A DNA stretch of 63,808 nucleotides, counting the filler, from Stramenopiles sp. TOSAG23-2 (lineage: Eukaryota): assembly GCA_900128395.1 (NCBI GenBank). It is 7 parts of 7 records of this genome, joined end to end, with 100 filler letters (N's around TTAATTAATTAA, not from the genome) between each part and the next. Parts side by side here need not be neighbours in the genome. Positions count along the whole stretch, not along the records: positions 29,709 to 39,505 come from LT650075.1; positions 39,606 to 49,392 come from LT650076.1; 5 more parts are not named here. The stretch is one strand, 5' to 3'. This document shows positions 29,709-39,733 of the stretch, one piece after another. Positions within the stretch are counted from its first letter, which is position 1; every line of letters begins with the position of its first letter. The notes beneath the pieces were generated by a model. That model was not told the origin of the DNA, ran no database searches, and worked only from the letters and a program-made list of their open reading frames with translations. The position numbers and the translations under genes are program-made.

Positions 29709-31100
29709 GATGGGCGTTCAGAAATAAATGTACAAAATATTTTATTTGGTGATGTTTGGATATGTTCTGGACAGAGTAATATGGCTTATTCGCTGAATGG
29801 CAGTAATGGGGTGGCTCTTGTTCATCCACCTGTTAATAATTCTTTGCATGAGATTCAAGATATGATAAACTATCCACATATGCGATTATATCGTGGCGGG
29901 CAAATAGCTGGAGTAACGTCGGAGCAATTGGAATTACCACGACCAACTTCTGGTGGATCAAAAGAAGTTACTATCGGATGGTCAAAGCCATGTCCATCTG
30001 GTGATTTTAATTCTTGCCGATCTGATTTTTCTAGCATGTGTTATTTTTTTGGTAGAAATTTACAAACAACATTAAAGTTAAAAACAGGTAAAATATTACC
30101 AATTGGATTGATTGGTACGTATTATGGAGGAACAGCTGATGAGCTATGGTCTTCAAAAGATGCTTTATCGGAATGCCTTGACCCACAAAAACCTGTACCA
30201 AAAATAGATTCTACATTGTGGAATGCGATGATTTTCCCCATCTTAAAAACGACAATAAAAGGTGCGATATGGTATCAAGGTGAAGCAGATTCAAAACATC
30301 CAGGTGGAATATATGATGGATACAATTGCACGTTCCCAGCTATGGTCAGTGATTGGCGTCGCAAATGGCATACTCACACCAATGGCGAAACAGATCAAAA
30401 TTTTCCATTTGGATTTGTACAATTAGATTCTATAGGAAATGATACTATTTTTAACAATCCTAAAGATCCAGAGGATGATGCATTCAGTCCACAATTTGGA
30501 TATGCTGGTCTAAGGTGGGCGCAAACTGCTGGATATGGTAGTGTACCAAACCCAGTTCAAAAAAATGTATATATGGCAATTAGCTATGATACTCCAGATC
30601 GACCTTACAAATTTATATCCAAATTAAATGGAAGGGGTGATATAGGTTTCAATGTACACAGTCCGTTTAAGCAATATCCAGCTGCACGTTTGTGCCGTTC
30701 TATCGTTTCAGGAGTTTATGGCATCAATGTCGATACAAGTGGCCCGCTGTTTGATCGGGTGTTAAAGAAAACATCCAATGAAACTATCATTCAGATTAAA
30801 AATGTTGGTTCCATGGGTGGAATAATACGTCATAATTATTCAAAAGGATTTGAAATACTGAATGAAAAAGATATGAAATGGTACAATGCTGTAATAGCGT
30901 ATACGACAACAGATACCATTACAATTAAACATGATGTAATTGCTTTATCGAATGGTATAAAGCTGAGATATAATTGGTATTCAAATCCATGTGGTATATA
31001 TTGCTTTGAATGTGCAATATATGTCAAAGTAAAACCTTTAGGTTTCCTTACTGGGATGAAAGATTTTTTACCACTTGCACCATTTATTGTTGATTTGTGA
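29709..31100 (+). CDS. SIAE: Sialate O-acetylesterase (SASA/SGNH family), 5' truncated
   Basis: Frame is open from the contig start: ILFGDVWICSGQSNM, FSSMCYFFGRNL, LWNAMIFP, GAIWYQGE, MVSDWRRKW, FPFGFVQL, LRWAQT, LRYNW. Confidence 0.92.
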   Translation, partial: DGRSEINVQNILFGDVWICSGQSNMAYSLNGSNGVALVHPPVNNSLHEIQDMINYPHMRLYRGGQIAGVTSEQLELPRPTSGGSKEVTIGWSKPCPSGDFNSCRSDFSSMCYFFGRNLQTTLKLKTGKILPIGLIGTYYGGTADELWSSKDALSECLDPQKPVPKIDSTLWNAMIFPILKTTIKGAIWYQGEADSKHPGGIYDGYNCTFPAMVSDWRRKWHTHTNGETDQNFPFGFVQLDSIGNDTIFNNPKDPEDDAFSPQFGYAGLRWAQTAGYGSVPNPVQKNVYMAISYDTPDRPYKFISKLNGRGDIGFNVHSPFKQYPAARLCRSIVSGVYGINVDTSGPLFDRVLKKTSNETIIQIKNVGSMGGIIRHNYSKGFEILNEKDMKWYNAVIAYTTTDTITIKHDVIALSNGIKLRYNWYSNPCGIYCFECAIYVKVKPLGFLTGMKDFLPLAPFIVDL

Positions 31101-31246
31101 AGAAAAAGGGGAGAAAGATCTAATGCACTTCATGTTATTTTGTATTATGTTAATCTGTGAACAACAAATCATCCTCAATCCCCAGAGTCAACTTTTCCTA
31201 ATCAGGATATGTATTATTATGTATCTATATATTATGTATACTTTCA

Positions 31247-31424
31247 TATTTATATTGTATCGTATTGTATTTACATATTATAAATGTTTCCTGTTAAGGG
31301 TTAAGGTATTTATATGGTTTTTGAATATTTATTTTATGTTATATGCCCCTTAATATTTATATTATATTGGATTGTATGTAAATATAAATGTTTTCTCTGG
31401 TTAAGGTATTTATATATGGTTTTT
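31247..31424 (+). repeat. Degenerate ~105 bp direct repeat, two copies
   Basis: TATTTATATT...ATTGTAT...TAAATGTTT...GGTTAAGGTATTTATAT(AT)GGTTTTT occurs twice. Confidence 0.65.
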
Positions 31425-31430
31425 AGCAAG

Positions 31431-31700
31431 CCCCGGCAAATTTTAAATGGCGATGTGATAAGCGTTAGCATAAACATAGCATTACAACCCGAACTTTATA
31501 GTTACCGTATAGGGTTTCTAAGTTTTAAGTTACCAAACTGACTATTTAGCTCGAGATGGGAGTAATAATCTCCGATAATTAGTAATTAGTGACAAAATTA
31601 ATGAGTTTACTTGATGATTATTTTTAGATCGTAAAATTCCTGAAATGTTATTGAGTTTTCATCACATCGCTCATTTAAAACTACTCGACAAGACCCGGGG
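31431..31700. mobile_element. Degenerate MITE-like element, ~270 bp, probably related to the 28797 element
   Basis: Left end CCCCGGCAAATTTTAAATGGCGATGTGAT pairs with ATCACATCGCTCATTTAAAA...CCGGGG at 31661-31700; carries the same CGTTAGCAT..ATAGCATT subterminal motif. Confidence 0.6.
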
Positions 31701-32170
31701 AACGACTTAAAAAACTTTAAAAAAAAGTAGGTAGTCTAGACTAGTTTTAAACAAAATTTTTTAATAAAAAATAACACGTGTAACAATGGAAAAATAAAAA
31801 AATGAATTAATAATAAAAGAAGTTCAAATAAAACATAAATGTAGACATATCGAGGGAGAACCATCAAAAGGCAAGCAGCATACATATAAATTTACGTACA
31901 TACCTGTGGCATATAGATATAGGATTGACGTTTGTATCGTCATTTTGATTGTATTATCATATTTGGTATATTACCTTGTTAATACTACAATAGAAAAAAA
32001 AAAAGTATCATCTGATTTTAATAATATATTTTTTTTTTTCTAAATTTGTTGTTTTGAAGAAACATTATACCGTTTAGTCTTAGTAAAATATTTGATTTAT
32101 GTTTTATAGTATATATTAATACATTTATATATATATATACACACACACACACATATATATATATATAACA

Positions 32171-35100
32171 ATGGATTTTGATTCTGATGATGATTGTATA
32201 ATCATTGAACAAAAGCCGTTTGTATATGATATGGATTTTGAAGATGATAATAAAGAAGAAGAAATTGAAAATGAAATTATAAATAGTAATAATAACGATA
32301 ACAATATTGGTGGTATGAAGAAAAACACCAATATTGATTATTCTTCTATGTCTACGACGACGACGACGACGACAACGACGGCAACTACTAATACTACTAC
32401 CACCACAACAACAACACCAACATCTAATAAAATGATGATGATGACAATGAATGTAGATGACGATCATTCTAGTAGTAGTAGTAGCGATGATGAAAATGAG
32501 GAAGAACCTGAACCAACACCATCTAAAAATACAAACCTTGAAGACGAAGATGAGGCCATGTTATTCAAAATCCATGATGTTCGTGCATTTCTTCCATTTT
32601 GCAGCAATTGCAATTCAACCATGAATAGTCATGATGATGTTGATACATCAGAGCTTGCATTACATAATACCAAACTGCCGGATCAATATTGTAAAAAGTG
32701 TATGGGAAATGACGAAAATGCCATGTTACAAAAGATGCCCTCGTCAAATGATATTGTTGAAAATAATAACAATAACAATAATAATGAATTGGTGGTGGTG
32801 GTGAATAATACTACTAGTAGTAAAAAAAAAAGTCTATCTGGGCCAGCATTTTATTTACAGAAAGGTAAATTAAGAAGTGTAGCAGATGAAAATTATGTTT
32901 TTGATGTTGATTTGCACCAACACCCAAATCCAATAGTAGAAACAAAGGTACTTTCTGCCGATCGCTTGCCTGCTAGAGCATATATTCCTCGATTACCCCT
33001 TCCAATAATTACACGTGGCTTAATATCATCACAGCAATATTTAGCTGTTGTCCATGCTGGGCAACAACATGAAAAAATTGTTGAAAATATAGATGGTACA
33101 GTGGCATATCGTCAAGGTTTTTTTATTGGTGATGGTACAGGCGTTGGTAAAGGTCGTGAATTAGCTGCAATTGCAGCAGATAATTGGTTCAACGGCCGAC
33201 GGCGTATTTTATGGATTTCATGTTCACGTTCATTATTAGCTGCTACACGACAAGATTTTATTGATTTAGGCCTTAGTAACCATATACGTACAGTTTATGA
33301 ATTAGGTGGAAAAGATGGTTTGCGAGGAGCAGATTTAAATCGACAAATTGGCGGGAACGGTAATGGTGTTATATTTAGCACATATAGCCAGTTGTTTCAA
33401 ACGTATCGTACTACCAACGGGGCACGTGAATCATATGTTGATAGTTTAACATCTTGGCTACGAGGTGCTGTAAATGAAGAGGCTGTAATACTCTTTGATG
33501 AAATTCATAAAGCAAAAAACTTATATGTAGCACCAGTTAAACAACGTGGACAAACTATCAGAGCAAATCGTTGGGATAGAATGTTTATTAATGATGCGTT
33601 TGATTCATCAGCGGATGAAGATGATAATTATGGAAACAATAATAACAATTTTTTAGATGTTAATGGAGCAGAAGAAGCATCAACTGATACTGCTAATACA
33701 AAAAAAGCAACAAAAACTGGTATTGCTGTGAAAGCAATACAAGATAATCTACCAAATGCGCGGATAGTATATGCCTCTGCCACTGGTACGAGTAATGCCT
33801 CTTCGTTAGCACCATTCATACGATTAGGGCTATGGGGTAGTGAACTTTGTGTATTTAATAACTTCAAAGATGCGCATGAAGTGTTGAAGCCATCAACGCA
33901 AAATGCCAACATGGCATCATTGGATAGAATGGAACTGTTATCTAGAGAATTTGTCGTCAATGGAAATTATCTTTCACGTGCACTTAGTTTTGAAGGTTGT
34001 GTTTTTGATACAAATCCATGTCCAGAATTTACGATGGAAATGCGAGAAATGTATGATGAAGCTACACGTTTTGTATCAAAAGTATATGCTTTTATGGAAG
34101 AATGTAGAGAATATTACCATGATGCTGGACACCGTAAGGCATGTAGATATTTAAATAGTGTATTTTGGAGTACACATCAAAAATTATTTAAAATGTTAAT
34201 GGTACATAGCAAAATTGATTATCTTGTCAAAGAGGTTACTCAATGTCTAGCAGATGGATGTAGTCCGGTCATAGGCCTTTGGTCAACTGGGGAAGCATCG
34301 TTAAATCGCTTTAAAGATAAAATCCATCCTCGTCTTGTTACAGATAAAATATGTTCAACTGTTAGGGAAACATTATATTATTTTTTAACCGTATATTGTG
34401 ATCCTGAATCGAACGAAAGAGATCCTGAAGAGCAATTTCAGCTAGAAGATGCAACAGCCATTCTCCATCGTGAAAAATTGGATCAATTATTGGACGAGTT
34501 AAAAACAATAAATTGGCCGGCAAGTTCATTGGAATTGCTAATAGAGCGATTAGGTGGTGAGAATAATGTTGCTGAACTTAGTGGCCGATCGTTGAAACAA
34601 CGAAAAACTGCTGGTGGTTATATTTTCTGCGATCGTTCCTCAACAACATTGGAAGAAAGAGATGCATTTATGAATGGTGAGAAAAATGTGGCAATTATTA
34701 CTGCTGCTGGTAGCACCGGCATAAGTTTGCATAGTGATTTAGCTTGCAAAAATCAAAAAAAACGAGTAATGTTTATAACCGAATTGAGTTGGGCAGCAGA
34801 TAGTATGGTGCAGCAATTAGGCCGAGTACATCGATCAAATCAAAAATTTGCGCCTGAATTCAGGATTATCGTTTCACGTCTAGGTGGGGAAAGTAGATAT
34901 ATAGGTGCTATAAAAGTTAAATTGCGTGCATTAGGGGCAATGACGAAGGGAGAACGTAATAGTAGCATTGGAAATTCCGCTGGAGCAGAGGATTTTAGTT
35001 CTGGAGAAAGTTTTTTTGACAACTATGGTACACAAGCATTAAGGCAAACTTTGAAGTTGATAGCTAGGGAACATGAGAATGTAGGTGAGCGTTTACCACC

Positions 35101-36793
35101 TTCAGTAATAACACTGGAAACTCATGGTTTTTTAGTAAATTTCTTGGAAGAGCACTTGACAACTGGTGGCAGCTCATCATCATCCAATCAGAACAACAGC
35201 AATAATAGCGTTAACCATTTAAGTACAGTGGAACGATTAGGATTGTCTGTTGTTGGTATTATTTTTAGTTTTTTGGAATATGATTTAACTGAATATCGAC
35301 TTGACCAACGTTTAGCATTAGCCAACATAGGTATTCCAATTGCCGATACATCTCAAATTGGCCAAATCACCACCAAGCGATTTTTTAATCGACTTGGTGG
35401 AATGTCATATATGAACCAGCAAAATATATATGGGGATTTCAAGGAAAGATACGATATTCTTACAAGTCAGGCAAAAGCTGAAAATAAATACAAAAATAGT
35501 TCAAATGAAATTATAGGATCCCATATTACATTAAGCAAGGAGCCGGAAGTTGTGCATACAAATGAACACAATGTTCAAACAAAATTAGTTACGTTGGATG
35601 TAGACATTGGAACCAATTTTGAAATGGCAACGCGCAAATTAAGCGAAGCAAAGGAATGGCGTAAGGACAAACGTGTTCAGAAGGATATTGGTTCTATGGA
35701 TGGATTTTACAAGTGGGCAACTTATAAAAATACATTCAAAAAAACTGAAAAACGTACTGAATACTTTTTAGTGATAGAGCAACCAGACTATGCAGCAAAT
35801 GGACGTGGTCTCCGTCGTAGCATATTAATGGTATGGACACCGCATCGCGGCAAAGTCCGAAATATAGGTAACATCTTTGCTCAATATGACAAAGGTAAAC
35901 GTCGAGATATTCCATTATTACGAAAATTACGTGCTGCCGTTCGTCATAATCGTTCAGGGGTTAAACGTGTTTTGACTGATCAATGTGATGGATATGATGC
36001 GAAAGTTGGTCCCATGAAAACTGAGTTTAAAAATTTAATTAAATTTTGGAACTTGCAAAATGAAGAATCACTTACATATTGTAGTAAATGCATAAACTGC
36101 AGAAATATACGAAATTTTACAACAAAACGTAACTGCAAAGGAAAGAAAAATGAAGATGGAGGCCAAGGTACTCGCATGCAGAGGAAATACATTTTATCAG
36201 GTTTAGTGCTTCATTTATGGGATGTCATTGAGGATATTAAAAGGACATCACGTGCCCGTATGACATTTGCAAATGATTTTGGATATGATGAAAACGAAGG
36301 ATTGGATGGTGCTAATTCTAATAATGGTGGCAGCATTGCTTCAAGACGTAGGAAGAGAAATGCAACAAAGAAAAACGCACCTTCTTCTTCTTCTTCATCA
36401 TCATCATCGTCGTCTACTAATACAACGGCGACAACAACAACAACAACAACAACTACGACTGCTACCGTTGATGTTGAAAATCAAGAGGAAGATGATTCAC
36501 AGTATGATCATGAAATATTTCAAGATATGGGTGTTGTGAAAGCAACAACAGACGATGGTCGACCTATTTGTGGCTTGGAAATACATCCACTAGATGTGAA
36601 ACGTTTAGTCAAAGCATTAAATGATGCACCTGCTACTGTTCCAGAACGAATCAAAGAGAGGCAAGATCGCGAGGAAAGGAATATATTAGCACAACAACAA
36701 CGAGTCCAAAAAATGAAAGAGGAAACGGCAAATCGAAAACGAGTAGCAGAAATGGAAAAATTTGCTGCAACTATTAAAAAACCAAAAAAGTAA
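32171..36793 (+). CDS. SBNO: Strawberry notch family SF2-like P-loop protein
   Basis: GFFIGDGTGVGKGRE, FSTYSQL, FDEIHKAKNL, RIVYASATG, VAELSGR, AGSTGISLH, QQLGRVHRSNQ, LGAMTKG. Confidence 0.93.
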   Translation: MDFDSDDDCIIIEQKPFVYDMDFEDDNKEEEIENEIINSNNNDNNIGGMKKNTNIDYSSMSTTTTTTTTTATTNTTTTTTTTPTSNKMMMMTMNVDDDHSSSSSSDDENEEEPEPTPSKNTNLEDEDEAMLFKIHDVRAFLPFCSNCNSTMNSHDDVDTSELALHNTKLPDQYCKKCMGNDENAMLQKMPSSNDIVENNNNNNNNELVVVVNNTTSSKKKSLSGPAFYLQKGKLRSVADENYVFDVDLHQHPNPIVETKVLSADRLPARAYIPRLPLPIITRGLISSQQYLAVVHAGQQHEKIVENIDGTVAYRQGFFIGDGTGVGKGRELAAIAADNWFNGRRRILWISCSRSLLAATRQDFIDLGLSNHIRTVYELGGKDGLRGADLNRQIGGNGNGVIFSTYSQLFQTYRTTNGARESYVDSLTSWLRGAVNEEAVILFDEIHKAKNLYVAPVKQRGQTIRANRWDRMFINDAFDSSADEDDNYGNNNNNFLDVNGAEEASTDTANTKKATKTGIAVKAIQDNLPNARIVYASATGTSNASSLAPFIRLGLWGSELCVFNNFKDAHEVLKPSTQNANMASLDRMELLSREFVVNGNYLSRALSFEGCVFDTNPCPEFTMEMREMYDEATRFVSKVYAFMEECREYYHDAGHRKACRYLNSVFWSTHQKLFKMLMVHSKIDYLVKEVTQCLADGCSPVIGLWSTGEASLNRFKDKIHPRLVTDKICSTVRETLYYFLTVYCDPESNERDPEEQFQLEDATAILHREKLDQLLDELKTINWPASSLELLIERLGGENNVAELSGRSLKQRKTAGGYIFCDRSSTTLEERDAFMNGEKNVAIITAAGSTGISLHSDLACKNQKKRVMFITELSWAADSMVQQLGRVHRSNQKFAPEFRIIVSRLGGESRYIGAIKVKLRALGAMTKGERNSSIGNSAGAEDFSSGESFFDNYGTQALRQTLKLIAREHENVGERLPPSVITLETHGFLVNFLEEHLTTGGSSSSSNQNNSNNSVNHLSTVERLGLSVVGIIFSFLEYDLTEYRLDQRLALANIGIPIADTSQIGQITTKRFFNRLGGMSYMNQQNIYGDFKERYDILTSQAKAENKYKNSSNEIIGSHITLSKEPEVVHTNEHNVQTKLVTLDVDIGTNFEMATRKLSEAKEWRKDKRVQKDIGSMDGFYKWATYKNTFKKTEKRTEYFLVIEQPDYAANGRGLRRSILMVWTPHRGKVRNIGNIFAQYDKGKRRDIPLLRKLRAAVRHNRSGVKRVLTDQCDGYDAKVGPMKTEFKNLIKFWNLQNEESLTYCSKCINCRNIRNFTTKRNCKGKKNEDGGQGTRMQRKYILSGLVLHLWDVIEDIKRTSRARMTFANDFGYDENEGLDGANSNNGGSIASRRRKRNATKKNAPSSSSSSSSSSSTNTTATTTTTTTTTTATVDVENQEEDDSQYDHEIFQDMGVVKATTDDGRPICGLEIHPLDVKRLVKALNDAPATVPERIKERQDREERNILAQQQRVQKMKEETANRKRVAEMEKFAATIKKPKK

Positions 36794-36927
36794 AATAAAT
36801 ATTTAAATATTATAAAAAATAAAAAAATATTTTTTAAAAATATGTATAGAAATATTTTAGACTCATATAAAAATAAAAACACCTCAAAACTCAAAACATC
36901 CCGCACATACGACATTACAAACACTAT

Positions 36928-39505
36928 TTAATCACCACCACCTTGACCATCGATTTTAATACCACCATTTTCTTCTTCACCACCACCACCATCATCATTT
37001 GTCTCTGTATTCTCCTCAGCATTATTATTATCTTTTGCTTTCTCCGCTTCTGCTTCCTTTTTCTTATCTTCCTCTTCTTTTTTCTTTCGTTCTTCCTCAA
37101 TTTCCAATGCTTTGACCCTTGCACGTTCTTCCGCTTCTGCTTTCACTCTACCAGCTTCATCGGATTTTGCAGCTTCTGCCTTTTTCTTTTCTTTTTCTAC
37201 TTTGAATTTTTCCAAACGTTTCTTCTTTGCTTCTGCTGCTCTGCGTTTTTTAGCTTCCTCTTTTTCTTCAGCAGCTAATTCTTCATGTGTTTTACGCTTT
37301 CCAGCACCACGTTTACCTCCATTCGCTAACCAATTTTTCACATCTGCTTTTTGTTTTGCAGTAATCTTTGCCAATCGTTCTTCCTCTTCTTTCTTTTTAC
37401 GTCGTAATTCACGTTTTTCTTCTTTCTTACGTTGTTTCTCTTGTGCTTTCTTTTGCTCATATGCTTTTCGTTGAAGTTCTAACATTTTTTTCAATTCATT
37501 TTGCCGTTGTTGTCGTTTTCGTTGCCGTTTCTTTTCTTTTGCTAAACGTTGTTTTTCCTCTACTAATTTTTTATATTCATATGGAACAGTTTTATCTTTT
37601 GGTAATCTTCTTCGAATAAATGCTTTTCGTTCTTTAAGGCGTTTTGAAAATCCTGCAAATTGATCATCATCTATTCCATCTTTTCTAATAGCTTGTACCC
37701 ATCCTTGTACATCACTTGTTGCAGGTTGTTGATAAATTTGTAATAAACGTTGTTTCGCACTTCCATTAAATATATCGTTGACTAAAATTTTAATCACTTC
37801 AACGGATGCTCTAGCAGCTCGCAATTGATGAAGTGGTAATTTTTGTATGGCATCTTCGCCAAATTTCAATGGACTTCTATTTTTATATTTCTCTTTCATG
37901 GTTTCCTCCCGTCGTGTCTGTGCTAATGTTTTCCGCGTAGGAGTAAAACCAGAACCAAATCCAACTTTACTTTTTCCTTTTTGTTCTGGAATGTTTTTCG
38001 GCTTTCCACTATTAATTAAATTTTCCATTTCCTTGGATAATTTAATTTCAGTGGTGCCACCATCCCATGCTTCAGGCGGTTCGATTACCGTGCGTTCCAG
38101 TGGAAGACGCACCAATGTTAATATATGGCGTTGAATAGCATGGGCAACTATATGATCGACCATTTCCATTGCGATTGCTACACTTTCATCTAATGCAAGT
38201 ACCTTTGGAACTGTAAATTTATATTCCACCATAGGACAATCAACACGTTCCGTACTGGATGGTAAAGGCAAGAAACCTCTTTTTTCCCAAATTTTTGCAT
38301 TACCCATGCGCCTCTCCATGACTTTATTATTTTTCCCTTTAATATATGCTTGTCTTCTCATGTAGGATCCTAATGCATTGATACGCTCATCACTTGTCGG
38401 CAAAGAGCGAAATCCTTCCCCCATTGCAACACCACGCAAACAACTTATGTATTCTTCGAAGGATATAATTTGCGCACCACGCCTAGCACCCAAATCGGTA
38501 TTCATGGCACCTAATTTTAAATTGGAATAATGAAAAATTGCTAATGCTTGTGTTTTCGTTACTTGCCATGGCATTAATTCAAAATCATTTACAAAAATCA
38601 TCCAATCGGATATTGTCAATCCACTTCGTAATTTTTGCAATTCATCGAAATCAATTGTCTTTGTTCGTAATGGCATGAAATCACGGCTATAATTCGAAAA
38701 GACTTTGCGTAATGGATAGATCCAATTTTTGAAAAAATCCATTGATTCTGCTAACCATCGTTCTTCCTCCGCACGTTCACGTTTAAATTCTTCCGGGTAA
38801 TGAATATGGGATTGCAACGATTTTGCTTGCCTAGCATCAAAATCACCTTCATGTAAACTCTCTTGTTCCATTCTACCATATAATTGCATTGTTGTTTTTA
38901 CACCATATTTTTTTTCTTCCTTTGCTTTTCTACGTGCTGCTCTACGATTATTTTGCCTGCGTACAAATTCTTTTCGCATACGTTTTCGTTCCTGTGCACT
39001 GCGAAGTTTTCTCCTTTCTTCTTCTAATTGTTTACGTTTTCTAAAATCATCTAATCGTTTTTTTGCTGCATCAATATCCCCTTGCACGGATTTAGCTGCT
39101 TTTTTAATTTTCAATTTCACTTTACGTTGCCCAATTTGTACATTGCTTTTACGCGATTGTGCTTTTTTTAATGCCAATGCACGCCTTTCCTCTCGAGATA
39201 AATCTTCCATCTTTGGCTTGCGATTTTTTTTATTATGTTCTGATTCTTTTTGTTCTTCTCTTCATCTTCATCATCGATATCTTCCACTGGGGAATCTTCC
39301 ATTGCAAAATCATCATCTTCCAATGCATCATCATATAAAGAAGATTGCTGTGATGTTGGTCGTGATTGTGCTTCCGACATTTGTCGTCTCTGCTTCGCGC
39401 GTCGTTTCTTTGCCCTTCTACGAATGGCTTTTTTATGAACGTGCTTTGCAAATAATTGAAATTCATCTAACGTAATTTTACCAGTATGTTCAATATCCAT
39501 TGCTT
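36928..39505 (-). CDS. Large EF-hand plus coiled-coil protein, 5' truncated, with a 1 bp frameshift near 39259
   Basis: ORF 39168-39500 (MDIEHTGKITLDEF EF-hand) and ORF 36928-39210 join if one base is restored in the (GAA)n run, giving DEDEEEEQKESEHNKKNRKPKMEDL. Confidence 0.72.
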
Positions 39506-39605
39506 NNNNNNNNNNNNNNNNNNNNNNNNNNNNNNNNNNNNNNNNNNNNTTAATTAATTAANNNNNNNNNNNNNNNNNNNNNNNNNNNNNNNNNNNNNNN
39601 NNNNN
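39506..39605. other. Artificial contig linker
   Basis: N44-TTAATTAATTAA-N44. Confidence 0.98.
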
Positions 39606-39733
39606 ATACATATCTATATCAGTTTAGGGAAGTGTACCAGTGAAGAAGGAGATTTGATTAGTAGGGAGTTCAATAGGAGAAATTAAATAGAAACGTCATT
39701 TATTTCATATTATATATATATATTTTTTTGAAG

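Noticed and set aside
29573-29800. Plus-strand PSFRFS before the linker as the N-terminus of the SIAE gene after it
   Set aside because: Contigs are length-sorted and unrelated, and the minus strand there reads better as a gene 3' end.
31294-31306. TTAAGGGTTAAGG as telomeric repeat
   Set aside because: Fewer than two full units, internal, and part of a local degenerate duplication.
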